DNA of 64,000 nt from Desulfobacterales bacterium. GTDB taxonomy: Bacteria; Desulfobacterota; Desulfobacteria; Desulfobacterales; UBA5852. The notes under the pieces are model-generated. The model had not been told where the DNA came from, made no database searches, and was given only the letters and a program-made list of their open reading frames with translations. The position numbers and the translations under genes were made by a program. The DNA lies in the NCBI GenBank assembly GCA_963674755.2, contig CAXXVS010000001.1, positions 1,120,001-1,184,000 on the forward strand, read 5' to 3'. Shown here piece after piece: positions 48,914-60,050 of the stretch (position 1 is the first letter of the stretch; each line of letters begins with the position of its first letter).

Positions 48914-50290
48914 TCAGTGCCCGGCCAGGGTTTGCAAAAAGGTTTCGCCCAGCTTCCATACATCGCCGGCGCCCATGGTGATGACGACATCCCCCTCACG
49001 GACCTCCTGCTGAAGGACTGCCAGCGCCTGTTCGGAGCCGTCCGTGCACGTTACATCCTTATGGCCGTGGGCCTGAATGCCTTCACAAAGCAGGGTATGG
49101 CTGATGCCGGCGATGGTCGCTTCCCCGGCACTGTAGATGGGCAGCAGGATCAACTTGTCGGTCTCGTAGAAGGCGCGCGTAAAGTCGTCGAACAGGGCCT
49201 GGGTGCGCGTGTAGCGATGGGGTTGAAACACGCCTACGATGCGACGGCCGGGCCAGCTGCAGCGGGTCGATTGCAGGGTGGTCTTGATTTCAGTGGGGTG
49301 GTGGGCGTAGTCGTCGATCACCGTGATGCCCCTGGCCGTTCCTTTGATCTCCAGCCTGCGGCGTACGCCCTCCAGGGTTTCCAGGGCGGTACGGATGGTG
49401 GCGAAGGGGATATCCAATTCCATACCCACCGCGATGCCAGCCAGGGAGTTGTAAACATTGTGAATGCCGGGCAGGTTGAGCCGGATTTCCCCCAGGTGCC
49501 GGCCCCGGTGGTGGGCCTGGTAGTGGCTGCAAAGGCCGTCGCAGCGGATCTCCCGGGCCTGGAAATCGGCCTGACTGCTGACCCCATACGTCGTGTAGCG
49601 TTTTTTGATATGGGGAATCAGGTTCTGGACGTGTTCGTTGTCCAGGCACAACACGGCCAGGCCGTAAAACGGAATGCGGTCGATAAAGCGGGCAAAGGTC
49701 TGCACGATGGCATCCAGATCGGCGTAAAAGTCCAGGTGCTCCCGATCGATGTTGGTCACCACGGCGATGCTGGGGGCCATCTTGAGGAAGGAGCCGTCGC
49801 TCTCGTCGGCTTCGGCCACGATATAGTTGCCCTGACCCAGCACGGCATTGGTGTCCGCGCCGCGCAGTTTGCCGCCGATGACGATGGTGGGGTCCAGATG
49901 ACCGGCGGCCAGGACGGCGCTGACCATGGAGGTGGTGGTGGTCTTGCCATGGGCGCCGGCCACGGCCACACTGTATTTGAGGCGCATGAGCTCGGCCAGC
50001 ATTTCCGCCCGGGGAATGACCGGGATGGAGCGATTGCGGGCAGCCGCCACTTCGGCGTTGTCTTCCTTGACGGCCGAGGAAATCACCACCACATCGGCAT
50101 CGGCGATATTCTCTTCGGCGTGGCCCGCATGAATCGTACCGCCCAGCCGGGCCAGGCGCCGGGTGATATCGGTGGACTTCAAATCCGAACCGGATACCTG
50201 GTAGCCGAGGTTGAGCAGCAGTTCGGCGATGCCGCTCATGCCGATGCCGCCGATGCCCACGAAATGAATATGATAGGTTTTCTGGTACAT
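48914..50290 (-). CDS. murC: UDP-N-acetylmuramate--L-alanine ligase
   Basis: Motifs HFVGIGGIGMSG, GAHGKTTT, EADESD and DDYAHHPTE. Confidence 0.97.
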   Translation of the reverse strand: MYQKTYHIHFVGIGGIGMSGIAELLLNLGYQVSGSDLKSTDITRRLARLGGTIHAGHAEENIADADVVVISSAVKEDNAEVAAARNRSIPVIPRAEMLAELMRLKYSVAVAGAHGKTTTTSMVSAVLAAGHLDPTIVIGGKLRGADTNAVLGQGNYIVAEADESDGSFLKMAPSIAVVTNIDREHLDFYADLDAIVQTFARFIDRIPFYGLAVLCLDNEHVQNLIPHIKKRYTTYGVSSQADFQAREIRCDGLCSHYQAHHRGRHLGEIRLNLPGIHNVYNSLAGIAVGMELDIPFATIRTALETLEGVRRRLEIKGTARGITVIDDYAHHPTEIKTTLQSTRCSWPGRRIVGVFQPHRYTRTQALFDDFTRAFYETDKLILLPIYSAGEATIAGISHTLLCEGIQAHGHKDVTCTDGSEQALAVLQQEVREGDVVITMGAGDVWKLGETFLQTLAGH

Positions 50291-50292
50291 AA

Positions 50293-51423
50293 TCAGCTTT
50301 CGGTTGCCGGACCGCCGGTGGCAGGCGCCGGATGTAAAAAATGACGGGCGATATCCGCCACGATGGTCTCCGCAGCTTCCGGTCGCCCCAGCCCGCGTGC
50401 CTGGGCGGCCATCTCCTGCAGGCGGCCGGGGGCGCTCCGCAAGGCCCGGATGTGCTGCCACAATATTCCGCCGTCAAGGTCCGCTTCCCGGATCATTTCC
50501 CCACCCCCGGCTTCCACCACGGCCCGGGCATTGATTTCCTGGTGGTTGTCCGCCGCATGGGGCAGGGGGATGAAGATCGCCGGGAGGCCGCTGCAAGTCA
50601 GCTCCGCCACGGTGGTGGCCCCGGCCCGGCAGACCACGAGATCGGCCCGGGCGTACTGGCGGTCCATGTCGCTGAAAAAGGCTTCCACACGGGCCTCGAT
50701 TCCGGCCGCAACATAGGCCTGGCGGACGCGCGCCAGATCGTCCGGCCCGCTCTGGTGAATCACCGTCAGGGACCCGGGGTCGTCGATATGGGGCAGCATG
50801 TCGATGACCGCCGTATTGACATTGCGGGCCCCCTGGCTGCCGCCCGCCACCAGGAGCGTGAAGGGCCGGCCCGGCTCCCGGAGCGCGTTAGCCTTTCCCA
50901 GGGCAATGATTTCTTCCCGCACCGGGTTGCCGGCCAGCATGATCTTGTCGGCCGGGAAATGGTCATGGCTGGCCGCAAAGGAGGTGTAGATGCGCCGGGC
51001 CAGGCGGGCCAGCAGACGATTGGTGATGCCGGGCAGGGAGTTTTGTTCCTGCAGGCAGACCGGGATGCGCAGCAGCCAGGCCGCCAGGCAGACCGGGCCG
51101 GCCGCATAGCCGCCCACCCCGATCACCACGGCCGGCCGGAATTGCCACAGGATGGCGCCCGCACGCAGCAGGGCGCCGGGCAGGGCCGCCAGGGAGCGTA
51201 ACTGGCGGAAAAGGCCCATGCCCTTCAGGCCCCGCACCGGGATGACGGCATGGCGGTAGCCGGCCTCCTTGACCACCCGCCGCTCGAGTTCCCGGCCGGT
51301 GCCCACGAATAAAATGACCGCCTCGGCCATACGCTGCTGGAAAGCGCGCGCGATGGCAATGCCCGGAAAGAGATGGCCGCCGGTGCCGCCGCCGGTGATC
51401 ACAATATGGGCGGCGGCGCTCAT
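50293..51423 (-). CDS. murG: Undecaprenyl-PP-MurNAc-pentapeptide GlcNAc transferase
   Basis: Motifs GGGTGGH, GGY, EQN, GGSQGA and RAGATT. Confidence 0.96.
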   Translation of the reverse strand: MSAAAHIVITGGGTGGHLFPGIAIARAFQQRMAEAVILFVGTGRELERRVVKEAGYRHAVIPVRGLKGMGLFRQLRSLAALPGALLRAGAILWQFRPAVVIGVGGYAAGPVCLAAWLLRIPVCLQEQNSLPGITNRLLARLARRIYTSFAASHDHFPADKIMLAGNPVREEIIALGKANALREPGRPFTLLVAGGSQGARNVNTAVIDMLPHIDDPGSLTVIHQSGPDDLARVRQAYVAAGIEARVEAFFSDMDRQYARADLVVCRAGATTVAELTCSGLPAIFIPLPHAADNHQEINARAVVEAGGGEMIREADLDGGILWQHIRALRSAPGRLQEMAAQARGLGRPEAAETIVADIARHFLHPAPATGGPATES

Positions 51424-52586
51424 TGGGGCCTCCTTTTCAGACCCGGCGACAGGCCGATGTTCATGACGATTCCCACGGCGGCCATATTCATCACGAGGGA
51501 GGTGCCGCCATAGCTCAAGAAAGGCAGGGTCAGGCCCTTGGTGGGCAGCAACCCCAGGGTTACCCCCATGTTCACGCAGACCTGCAGAGCGATGGCCGTG
51601 GTCAACCCGAAGGACAGCAGGGCTCCGAACGGGTCTGCGGTTTGACGGGCGATGGCGAGGCCCCGCCAGATAATGAGGCCGTAGAGGGTGACGATCGTGG
51701 TCACCCCCACCAGGCCGAACTCCTCGCCGATGACCGAAAAGATAAAATCGGTGTGGGGTTCAGGGAGATAAAACAATTTTTGCAGACTCTTGCCGATGCC
51801 GGTGCCCCACAGTCCCCCCGAACCGAACGCCATCAGGGAGTGGATGGTCTGATAGCCTTCGGCCGTGGGGTATTCCCAGGGGTTGAGAAAACTCATCAGG
51901 CGTCTGACCCGGTAGTCGGCCGACCAGAGCAGCCAGCCCGCCACGGGCGCCAGGGTCAGTCCGGCCAAGGCCAGGAAACGCAAGGGAACGCCGCCCACAA
52001 AGAGCATGATGCCGGTGATCGATGCCAGGATGACCACCGAACCGAAATCCGGCTGCAGGATGATGGGCACGAGCAGTACCAGCAGCACCATGACATGGGG
52101 CACGAAGCCGATGGAGAATTCCCGGATGCGGTCCTGCTTCTTGCTCATGGAATAGGCCAGATAGAGGATCAGGGCCATCCGGGCGATTTCGGACGGCTGC
52201 AGGGTAATGCCTCCCAGGCGCAGCCAGCGGGTGGCGCCCCCGGCGGTGTGGCCCAGGCCGGTCAACAAAACGGCCAGCAGGAGCCCCAGGGTCAGCACGA
52301 TGGCCGGATAGGCCAGGAGGCGCAGCGCCCGGTAGGGGAAATGGCGGGCGGCCACCAGGGCGATCAGCCCCACCAGGGCAAAGAGGGCCTGCTTCTGGAT
52401 GAAAAAGTAGCTGCTGCCGAATTTTTTCAAAGCCAGGGCCGAACTGGCCGAATAGACCATGACGATGCCGATGCCCACCAGGAACAGCACCGGAAAGAGC
52501 AGGCGGGCATCGTATCCCGAGGATTTAGCCTCGGCGACAGGCCGTGAACCGCGGCGGCTCAGCTCAGCTGTTGCACGTGACGGCAA
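51420..52586 (-). CDS. ftsW: Peptidoglycan polymerase FtsW
   Basis: Motifs QPSE, QPDFG, LPEPHTDFIF and LPFLSYGG. Confidence 0.95.
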   Translation of the reverse strand: MPSRATAELSRRGSRPVAEAKSSGYDARLLFPVLFLVGIGIVMVYSASSALALKKFGSSYFFIQKQALFALVGLIALVAARHFPYRALRLLAYPAIVLTLGLLLAVLLTGLGHTAGGATRWLRLGGITLQPSEIARMALILYLAYSMSKKQDRIREFSIGFVPHVMVLLVLLVPIILQPDFGSVVILASITGIMLFVGGVPLRFLALAGLTLAPVAGWLLWSADYRVRRLMSFLNPWEYPTAEGYQTIHSLMAFGSGGLWGTGIGKSLQKLFYLPEPHTDFIFSVIGEEFGLVGVTTIVTLYGLIIWRGLAIARQTADPFGALLSFGLTTAIALQVCVNMGVTLGLLPTKGLTLPFLSYGGTSLVMNMAAVGIVMNIGLSPGLKRRPQ

Positions 52587-53935
52587 AAATCTTCTCCCCG
52601 TTCATGGTAGCTGGTGTACATATCGAAACTGGAACAGGCCGGCGACAGGAGCACCACCTCGCCCGCCCGGGCGCCGTCGGCGGCCAGCCGGACGGCGGCG
52701 GCCATGTCGGCTGCGGGTTGAATCGGCACGGTTCCGCGCAAGGCCGTGGCAATCCTTTGGGCCGCCTCCCCCAGGACGATCAACCGGGAGACTTTGCGGC
52801 GCAGAAGATCTTCCAGCCCCCGATAGCTCCCGCCCTTGTCGCGGCCGCCCATGATCAGCACCACGGGCCGGTCAAACCCTTCTATAGCGCGTGCCACCGC
52901 ATCCACATTGGTGGCCTTGGAATCGTCGTAGTAGCGGACCCCCTTGACCTCACGCACCAGGCTGATCCGGTGGGGCAGCCCGCGAAACCGGTCCAAGGCC
53001 GTTTGGATGCCGTCCTGGTTCGCCCCGGCCACGGCGGCGGCCAGAGCGGCGGCGGCCACGTTTTCTTCATTATGGCGGCCCACCAGGGGCATTGTTCTCA
53101 GATCGATCGTGATGGGTGCCGTCCCGGTGCCGGTGTCCAAGACCAGGGCGCCGGTCTGCAAGATAGCGGCGGGCTGATGTCCTGCCGGCGCCCCGTTGAA
53201 AAACAAGATTTTCCCGGACGGCAAGGCGGGCGGTTGACCCTCATGCTGAAACAAGGCCCCGTTGACGATTGCCGTATCCCCGATGGTTTGATTTTGAAAC
53301 AATTGCCACTTGCTGGCGGCATAGGCTTCGAAGTCCGGGTAGCGGTCCAGGTGGTCTTCGCTGATATTGAGCAGGCACCCGATGCGGGGGTGGAAGGTTG
53401 CCATCGTATCCAGCTGGAAACTGCTCACTTCCACCACCAGCCAGTCGGCGGACTGTCCGCTTTCGACATATTCGATGAGGGGCTTGCCGATGTTGCCGCC
53501 CACAAAGACCGTCATCCCGGAGGCCTTCAGCATGGCCCCCAATAATTCGGTGGTGGTGGTCTTGCCGTTGGTCCCGGTTACGGCGGCGATGGGCTCCCGG
53601 ATGAAGCGGGAGGCCAGCTCCATCTCACCCATGACCGGTACGCCCCGCCGCCGGGCATCCTCAAAGGGGGGGAGGGTATGGGGAACACCGGGGCTCAGGA
53701 TGATGAGGTCCGCCTTTTGGAACGTTTCCGGGCGGTGGGGACCGAACTCCAGGCGCACCCCGGCCGGTTCGAGCTGGGCGATCGCGGTGTTGAAACTTTC
53801 GGCTTGGCCGGCTTCCGACACGGTCACCGCGGCGCCTGCCCCACGGCAGAAACGGGCGGCCGCCAGACCGCTCTTGCCCAGCCCCACCACGGTGACGGTG
53901 CGGCCCTTGAGATTGTCGGGTGTCCAGGAATGCAT
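52559..53935 (-). CDS. murD: UDP-N-acetylmuramoyl-L-alanine--D-glutamate ligase
   Basis: Motifs GTNGKTTT, EVSSFQL, DSKATN and LLSPACSSFD. Confidence 0.96.
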   Translation of the reverse strand: MHSWTPDNLKGRTVTVVGLGKSGLAAARFCRGAGAAVTVSEAGQAESFNTAIAQLEPAGVRLEFGPHRPETFQKADLIILSPGVPHTLPPFEDARRRGVPVMGEMELASRFIREPIAAVTGTNGKTTTTELLGAMLKASGMTVFVGGNIGKPLIEYVESGQSADWLVVEVSSFQLDTMATFHPRIGCLLNISEDHLDRYPDFEAYAASKWQLFQNQTIGDTAIVNGALFQHEGQPPALPSGKILFFNGAPAGHQPAAILQTGALVLDTGTGTAPITIDLRTMPLVGRHNEENVAAAALAAAVAGANQDGIQTALDRFRGLPHRISLVREVKGVRYYDDSKATNVDAVARAIEGFDRPVVLIMGGRDKGGSYRGLEDLLRRKVSRLIVLGEAAQRIATALRGTVPIQPAADMAAAVRLAADGARAGEVVLLSPACSSFDMYTSYHERGEDFCRHVQQLS

Positions 53936-53948
53936 GCTGATCGTCTTC

Positions 53949-55028
53949 CTAACGCAGCTTAAGGGTACTCAGGGCCACCAAGGCCAAGGCAATGGCGATG
54001 ATCCAGAAGCGGACGATGACTTTGGGCTCCGGCCAGCCCTTGAGCTCGAAATGGTGATGCAACGGCGCCATGCGGAAAATTCGGCGACCATGGGTGAGCT
54101 TGAAAAAGCCCACTTGAAAAATGACCGAAAGGGTTTCGATGACAAAAAGGCCCCCCACCAGCACCAGAAGAATTTCCTGCTTGGTGATGATGGCGACCGC
54201 GCCCATGGCGCTCCCCAGGGAGAGCGAGCCCACATCCCCCATGAACATCTGGGCCGGGTAGGCATTGAACCACAGAAATCCCAGGCCGGCCCCCACCAGG
54301 GCGCCGCAGAAAATGGCGATCTCGCCCGCGCCGGGCACATAGGTGAGTTGCAGATAGGCGGCGAATTTGATGTTGCCGGTGACATAGGCGAACACCATGT
54401 AGGTGGCAGCCACAATCGCCAGCGGGCCGATGGCCAGCCCGTCCAGTCCGTCGGTGAGGTTGACGGCGTTGGACGCCCCCACGATGACGAGTACCGTGAA
54501 CAGGATGTAGCCCCATCCCAGATCCGGTTGGGCATTTTTGAGAAAAGGCACCGTCACCTGGGTGGAAAAATCCTCATGGAGATAAAACAGCAGGCCGCAG
54601 ACCGCCGCCAGCGCGGTTTGCAACAGGAATTTTTCCTTGGCCCCCAGGCCCTTGCTGCGTTTTTTGACCTGCATGAGATAGTCGTCGGCAAAACCGATGG
54701 CGCCAAACCCCACGATGACCAGCAGGGCCACCCAGACATAGTAGTTGGTCAGGTTGGCCCACAAAAGCGTAGCGGCCACCACCGCCCCGATGATCAGGAG
54801 GCCGCCCATGGTGGGGGTGCCGGACTTTTTGAAATGGGTTTCGGGGCCATCGTCGCGGATGAACTGGCCTACCTGCATCCGGCGCAGCCGTTTGATGACC
54901 CAGGGGCCCAGCAGAAAACAGATGATAAAGGCCGTCAGGCTGGCGTAGATCGTCCGGAAGGTAATGTACCGGAAGACATTGAAGGCCGAGATGCTGGTGT
55001 GCAGCGGATAGAGTAAATGGTAGATCAT
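53949..55028 (-). CDS. mraY: Phospho-N-acetylmuramoyl-pentapeptide transferase
   Basis: Motifs [23 protein letters not shown] and APLHHHFE. Confidence 0.97.
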   Translation of the reverse strand: MIYHLLYPLHTSISAFNVFRYITFRTIYASLTAFIICFLLGPWVIKRLRRMQVGQFIRDDGPETHFKKSGTPTMGGLLIIGAVVAATLLWANLTNYYVWVALLVIVGFGAIGFADDYLMQVKKRSKGLGAKEKFLLQTALAAVCGLLFYLHEDFSTQVTVPFLKNAQPDLGWGYILFTVLVIVGASNAVNLTDGLDGLAIGPLAIVAATYMVFAYVTGNIKFAAYLQLTYVPGAGEIAIFCGALVGAGLGFLWFNAYPAQMFMGDVGSLSLGSAMGAVAIITKQEILLVLVGGLFVIETLSVIFQVGFFKLTHGRRIFRMAPLHHHFELKGWPEPKVIVRFWIIAIALALVALSTLKLR

Positions 55029-55038
55029 AGCGCCGTCA

Positions 55039-56463
55039 TCATCCTTGTCCGGTTGCCTTGGGTTGGCCGGCCCATTGCTGGAGGGCGGCGGTGACGCGTT
55101 CCATGCGCATGCCCCGGGAGCCCTTGACGAGCACCCAGTCGCCCGGTGTCAGCCACTGGGTGAGGGCGCTGCTGATCGCGTCGATTTCGCCTGTCAGAAT
55201 ACGCTCCGCCGGCATGCCGGCTTCCAGGGCGCCGTCCCGCAGCGCGGCGGCAAATTCGCCGTGCAGAAAAAGCCGGTCGAGGCCTGCCTGACCGGCTTTG
55301 TAGCCGGTTTTGCGGTGCCATTCGGCGGCCTCGGGGCCCAGTTCGAGCATGTCCCCCAGAACCAGGGCCCCGCGGGAGGCGCCCTTCATGCGGGTCAAGG
55401 TGGCGATGGCGGCGGCCGTGGAAGCGGGGTTGGCATTGTAGCAATCGTTGATCAGGGTGATGCCCCAGGGCAGGGGGACAAGCTGCATGCGGCCGTCCAC
55501 GGCCGCCACCGCTTCCAGACCGGCCTTGATGTCTTCCGGGGGCACATCACAGCAATAGCCAACGGCGGCCGCGGCCAGGGCGTTGGCCACCATGAAGCGG
55601 CCCGGCACCTGCAGCTGGACCGGAATTTCCCCTGTGGGCAATTGGAGCTGAAAGCGCCAGCCGCGCGGTCCCGAGACCATATCCGCCGCCCGCACCGACG
55701 CCCCGGGATCGATGCCGAAAAACAGGGTTGCCACCGGGCAGGTCTCCGCCAGTTGGCGGCAGCAGACGTCGTCCCCGTTGAGGATGGCCTTCCCGGCGGG
55801 CTGGATATGGGGCAGCAGTTCGCCCTTGGCCCGCATGACCCCCTCGATGGAGCCCAGTCCTTCCAGGTGGGCCGGGGCCACATTGGTGATCATGCCGATA
55901 TCGGGGGCGGCTAGGCGCGCCATGCGATCGATTTCCCCGGGGTGATTCATGCCCATCTCCACGACAGCCAGGACATGCGTGGTCTGCAGCTGGAGCAGGG
56001 TCAACGGCAGGCCGATTTCGTTGTTGAGATTGCCCTGGGTGGCGAGGGTAGGACCCTGCCGGTCCAAGATGGCGGCCGTCATGGCGCGCGTGGTGGTCTT
56101 GCCGTTGGAGCCGGTCAGGGCGATGACGCGGGCCGGCATGCGCCGTCGGTGAAAGGCCGCAATGGCCCCCAGGGCCCGGATGGTGTCGGGGACGGCGATG
56201 CAGGTAACGCCCTGGGCCTTCCAGGCCGTCAGCTGGGCTTCCCCGACGCAGCCCTCCTTTATTAAAAGGCCGCGCCCGCCGCGAGCCACCACATCGGTCA
56301 GGAAAGTGTGGCCGTCATGATTTTCGCCCTGGATGGCAATAAACAACGCCCCCTCTGACAGACGACGGGAATCGATGCCGACCCCGTCAAATTCCGTTCG
56401 GGGATTGCCCAACCGCAGGCGGCCGCCGGTGGCCAACAAGATATCGCCGGTGGTCCATTTCAT
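55039..56463 (-). CDS. murF: UDP-N-acetylmuramoyl-tripeptide--D-Ala-D-Ala ligase
   Basis: Motifs [29 protein letters not shown] and KGSR. Confidence 0.96.
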   Translation of the reverse strand: MKWTTGDILLATGGRLRLGNPRTEFDGVGIDSRRLSEGALFIAIQGENHDGHTFLTDVVARGGRGLLIKEGCVGEAQLTAWKAQGVTCIAVPDTIRALGAIAAFHRRRMPARVIALTGSNGKTTTRAMTAAILDRQGPTLATQGNLNNEIGLPLTLLQLQTTHVLAVVEMGMNHPGEIDRMARLAAPDIGMITNVAPAHLEGLGSIEGVMRAKGELLPHIQPAGKAILNGDDVCCRQLAETCPVATLFFGIDPGASVRAADMVSGPRGWRFQLQLPTGEIPVQLQVPGRFMVANALAAAAVGYCCDVPPEDIKAGLEAVAAVDGRMQLVPLPWGITLINDCYNANPASTAAAIATLTRMKGASRGALVLGDMLELGPEAAEWHRKTGYKAGQAGLDRLFLHGEFAAALRDGALEAGMPAERILTGEIDAISSALTQWLTPGDWVLVKGSRGMRMERVTAALQQWAGQPKATGQG

Positions 56464-58013
56464 CAGGCCGTCTCCTTTTCGGGCGGCCGCCGGAGGCCTG
56501 CCAGAGCCTGCCGGGCCTCTTCCCGATCGTCAAAGGGGATGGTGGTTGGGCCGATGATTTGATAGGTCTCATGCCCCTTGCCGGCGATCAGGACGGTATC
56601 GCCGGACTGGGCCGCGCAGATGGCCAGGGCAATGGCCTCCCGGCGGTCGGGCACCACGATGTGGGCCGGGGCGGCAAATCCGCTGCGAACTTCCTCGGCG
56701 GTAAGGGCCTGGGGGGCAGCCCGGCGCACGCCTTCCAAAGCGTCATCGATAATGGCCAGAGGATCTTCGGAGCGCGGGTTGTCCGAGGTGACCACGGCCA
56801 GATCGCTCAGGCGGGCTGCGATTTCGCCCATGAGCGGCCGTTTACGGCGGTCGCGGTCGCCCCCGCAGCCGAACACGCAGATCAGGCGGCCCTGGCGCAG
56901 GGCGTCCAGGGCCCGCAGGACATTTTCGAGGGCATCCGGGGTATGGGCATAATCCACATAGATGAAGCGCCCGGCGGGATCCGGAATGGCTTCCAGCCGT
57001 CCGGGGACTGCCCGGGTGGCGGCGATCCCGGCCCGGATGGCCTCCGGGGGCAGCTCCAGGGCGATGCCGCAGCTGGCGGCGGCCAGGATATTTTCCAGAT
57101 TGTGCGCCCCCACCAGCGGTGAGTCCATGGCGATCGATCCCCGGGGGGTATGGAGAACGGCCTTGAGCCCGGTCAGATCGTTTTGGCCGACCTCGGGCCA
57201 AATGTCGCTGGCCGGTGTTCGGCCGAAGGTCAGCAGGGCGTGCCGGCCGGTGAGGTCGTTGGCCAGCGCCGCTCCATAAGGATCCTCCCGGTTGATCACG
57301 GCCCGGGCCTGTGTCGCTTTGGGCCCCTGGTACAGGTGCCGGGTGAACAGGGACTTCTTGCTTTCCCAGTAGCGCGCCATGTCCCCGTGGAAGTCGAGGT
57401 GATCCTGGGTCAGGTTGGTGAAGGCGGCCACGTCGAACTGGCAGGCGTCCACCCGATGCAGGTCGAGCCCATGGGAGGCCACTTCCATCACGACGTGGGT
57501 CACCCCGTGCTGCCGCATTTCCGCCAGGATACGCTGCAGGTCGAGGGACTCCGGGGTGGTGCGGGCGGCGGGTACCACATGGTCGCCGTAGCGATAGTTG
57601 ACCGTGCCGATGACGCCGGGGGAAAGACCCGTCTGTCTCAGGATGTTTTCCACCAGATAGGATACCGTGGTCTTGCCGTTGGTGCCGGTGAGACCGATGA
57701 CGGTCAGGGCCTGCGAAGGGTGTCCGTAGAAGGCGGCCGCCGCCCGGGCCAGAGCGGCCCGGGAATCCGCCACCTGCAGGAGGGGAACAGTGGTTTCCAC
57801 CCGCTTCTGGGCCACCACGGCCAGGGCGCTCCGCGAGCAGGCGTCGCCGATATAGGCGTGCCCGTCCACGGCAAACCCCGGAATGGCGAAAAAGACGCCA
57901 CCGGAAATCACCTCGCGGGATCCATAATGCAGGGAGCCCACAGGGGTTTCCGGTTCGAGTGCGCCGATCACGGCCGAGGGCTGAATCACCTCTATGAGGT
58001 CGCCCAGATTCAT
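56463..58013 (-). CDS. murE: UDP-N-acetylmuramoyl-dipeptide--meso-DAP ligase
   Basis: Motifs GTNGKTT, DYAHTPD, DNPR (mDAP-specific) and GKGHE. Confidence 0.96.
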   Translation of the reverse strand: MNLGDLIEVIQPSAVIGALEPETPVGSLHYGSREVISGGVFFAIPGFAVDGHAYIGDACSRSALAVVAQKRVETTVPLLQVADSRAALARAAAAFYGHPSQALTVIGLTGTNGKTTVSYLVENILRQTGLSPGVIGTVNYRYGDHVVPAARTTPESLDLQRILAEMRQHGVTHVVMEVASHGLDLHRVDACQFDVAAFTNLTQDHLDFHGDMARYWESKKSLFTRHLYQGPKATQARAVINREDPYGAALANDLTGRHALLTFGRTPASDIWPEVGQNDLTGLKAVLHTPRGSIAMDSPLVGAHNLENILAAASCGIALELPPEAIRAGIAATRAVPGRLEAIPDPAGRFIYVDYAHTPDALENVLRALDALRQGRLICVFGCGGDRDRRKRPLMGEIAARLSDLAVVTSDNPRSEDPLAIIDDALEGVRRAAPQALTAEEVRSGFAAPAHIVVPDRREAIALAICAAQSGDTVLIAGKGHETYQIIGPTTIPFDDREEARQALAGLRRPPEKETA

Positions 58014-59749
58014 CCGGTTTCCTTTGTATTGTTCGATACCGTCATTTTGGGCGCCCGCTCGCTGGGGCGCACATTGAGATACCCCAGGGCCGACTGGGCG
58101 ATCTCACGAAAAACAGGGGCCGCCACACTACCGCCGTAGTAATTTCCCTGGGGCTCGTCCACCACCACGACAATGGTCAGGCGGGGATCTTCCACAGGCG
58201 CAAAACCGGCGAAGGAGGCGATATAGCGATCCTGCGTGTAGGTGCCGTCCTTGCCGATCTTCTGGGCCGTGCCGGTCTTGCCGCAGGCCGAGTAACCTTC
58301 CAAGGCGGCCTCGACCCCCGTGCCCCCTTCGGTCAGCACCATTTCCATCATACGTGTAATGGCGTCGGCGGTTTGGGCGGATATGGTCTGTCTCACCGGC
58401 TGGGGCTCGATCGCCCTGATCGTGCGGCCGCGCGGATCGGTGACCTTCAGAACCACGCGGGGTTTCATCAGCAGGCCGCGGTTGGCGATGGCCGATACGG
58501 CCGATGCCAGCTGGACCGCCGACACGGAGATGCCGTGGCCGAAAGAGACGGCGGCCACGTCGAAGGTGGTCCACTTGCGGTTGGCTCCCAGGCTGCCCTT
58601 GGTCTCGCCGGGGCAGTCGATGCCGGTGGGCCGGCCGAAACCAAAACGCTCCAGCGTCGCATGCAGGGTGTCGGCCCCGATGGTCTCCCCGATCTTGACG
58701 GCCCCGATGTTGCTCGAGTATTTCACGATGCGCTGGATGGACAGCCAGCCGTGTTTTTTGGTGTCGTGGATTGTGTTGGATCCGATGCGGTAGTTTCCGT
58801 TTTCACAATAAAAAATCGTGTGGGGCGTACAGCAGCCGGATTCCAGGGCCGCCGCGGCGCTGAACAGCTTCATGGTGGATCCCGGTTCGAAGGCATCCAT
58901 GACGGCCCGGTTGCGCCGCAGGTCGCGGTTGAAGTCGCCGAAGGCATTGGGGTTGAAAAGCGGTGCATGGGCCAGGGCCAGGAGGTCGCCGGTGCGGGGA
59001 TCCATTACCACCACCATGCCGGACTTGGCCTTGTGGCTTTGTACGGCCTGCTGAAGCGCTTTTTCGGCCAGATGTTGAATGGCCCCGTCGATGGCCAGCA
59101 CCACGTTGTTGCCGCTGACGTTGACCGCAGTGTCTTCCTGGGCTTCGAAACCGCGCCCGAAAGCATCCTTCAGCACCGTGGCGATCTGGGGACGGCCGGT
59201 CAGCTCGGCGTCAAAGCGGTATTCGATACCCTCCAGCCCGTTGCCGTCGATACCGGTGAAGCCCACCAGCTGGGCCGCCAGGGTGCGGTTGGGATAATAG
59301 CGGCTGTGTTCGGATACAAACTCCAGGCCGTCCAAATGGAGCGCCTTGACGGCCTGGACTTCCTTGGGGGTGATCTGGCGCTTGATCCAGACGAAGGATC
59401 GTTTGGTGGTCAGCTTCCGGGCGACAGACTTGGGGCCCTCCTTGATGATGGGTGCGATGGCCCGGGCGGTGCTGCGGGGATCCTGGATCTTGCGGGGGTA
59501 GGCGGCCAGGGAAAGGGTTTCAATGCTGACGGCTACTTCGCGCATCCGCCGGTCAAAGATGCTGCCCCGCTTGCCGCTGGTCTGAATGGTTTTTTCATAT
59601 TGATCGGAGGCCTTGGCCGCCAGGGAAGGGCCGAAAACCACCTGCAAATAGACGGCCCGGCCGACAATCGTCCCCAGGCAGAGAAAAAACACGCCCCCCA
59701 TCAGGGTCATACGCAGGCGCAATTTTTTTTGGTTCGTCAGGGGCTTCAT
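58010..59749 (-). CDS. ftsI: Peptidoglycan D,D-transpeptidase FtsI/PBP3
   Basis: Motifs EPGSTMK (SxxK), SSN and KTG; dcw position. Confidence 0.95.
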   Translation of the reverse strand: MKPLTNQKKLRLRMTLMGGVFFLCLGTIVGRAVYLQVVFGPSLAAKASDQYEKTIQTSGKRGSIFDRRMREVAVSIETLSLAAYPRKIQDPRSTARAIAPIIKEGPKSVARKLTTKRSFVWIKRQITPKEVQAVKALHLDGLEFVSEHSRYYPNRTLAAQLVGFTGIDGNGLEGIEYRFDAELTGRPQIATVLKDAFGRGFEAQEDTAVNVSGNNVVLAIDGAIQHLAEKALQQAVQSHKAKSGMVVVMDPRTGDLLALAHAPLFNPNAFGDFNRDLRRNRAVMDAFEPGSTMKLFSAAAALESGCCTPHTIFYCENGNYRIGSNTIHDTKKHGWLSIQRIVKYSSNIGAVKIGETIGADTLHATLERFGFGRPTGIDCPGETKGSLGANRKWTTFDVAAVSFGHGISVSAVQLASAVSAIANRGLLMKPRVVLKVTDPRGRTIRAIEPQPVRQTISAQTADAITRMMEMVLTEGGTGVEAALEGYSACGKTGTAQKIGKDGTYTQDRYIASFAGFAPVEDPRLTIVVVVDEPQGNYYGGSVAAPVFREIAQSALGYLNVRPSERAPKMTVSNNTKETG

Positions 59750-60036
59750 TCCATCACGACAATCTGGCGGGTCGCCGGGGGGGCCAATCCCAGTTGCCGC
59801 CCAAGGGCTTCGATGCGTTTGGGGGCCTTCAAACGGGCCAGCTCAATGGCCAGATTTTTGCGAATCGTGCGCTGCTGTTCATAGGTTTTGGTTTCCGCCG
59901 TAATCTCGTAGCCCATGCGCACGCATTGCACGCGGCACCAGGTGTAGGCGAAAAGCTCGACCATGAAGACCAGCATGATGGCCAGCCAGATGGTTTTCAT
60001 GCCCCGGGCGCGACGCTGGTTGTTGTTGGCGGCCAT
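59746..60036 (-). CDS. ftsL: Cell division protein FtsL-like
   Basis: Short protein with one TM segment and a coiled coil (ELARLKAPKRIE), between rsmH and ftsI. Confidence 0.8.
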   Translation of the reverse strand: MAANNNQRRARGMKTIWLAIMLVFMVELFAYTWCRVQCVRMGYEITAETKTYEQQRTIRKNLAIELARLKAPKRIEALGRQLGLAPPATRQIVVME

Positions 60037-60050
60037 GCGCGATGGACCTC

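Noticed and set aside
386..59884. Many long opposite-strand ORFs (e.g. 386..1753, 2793..5432, 20518..22365, 26872..28770, 32725..34779, 43499..45331, 53367..55016, 58373..59884)
   Set aside because: They are antisense shadows of well-supported genes, expected in high-GC DNA, and carry no recognisable motifs.
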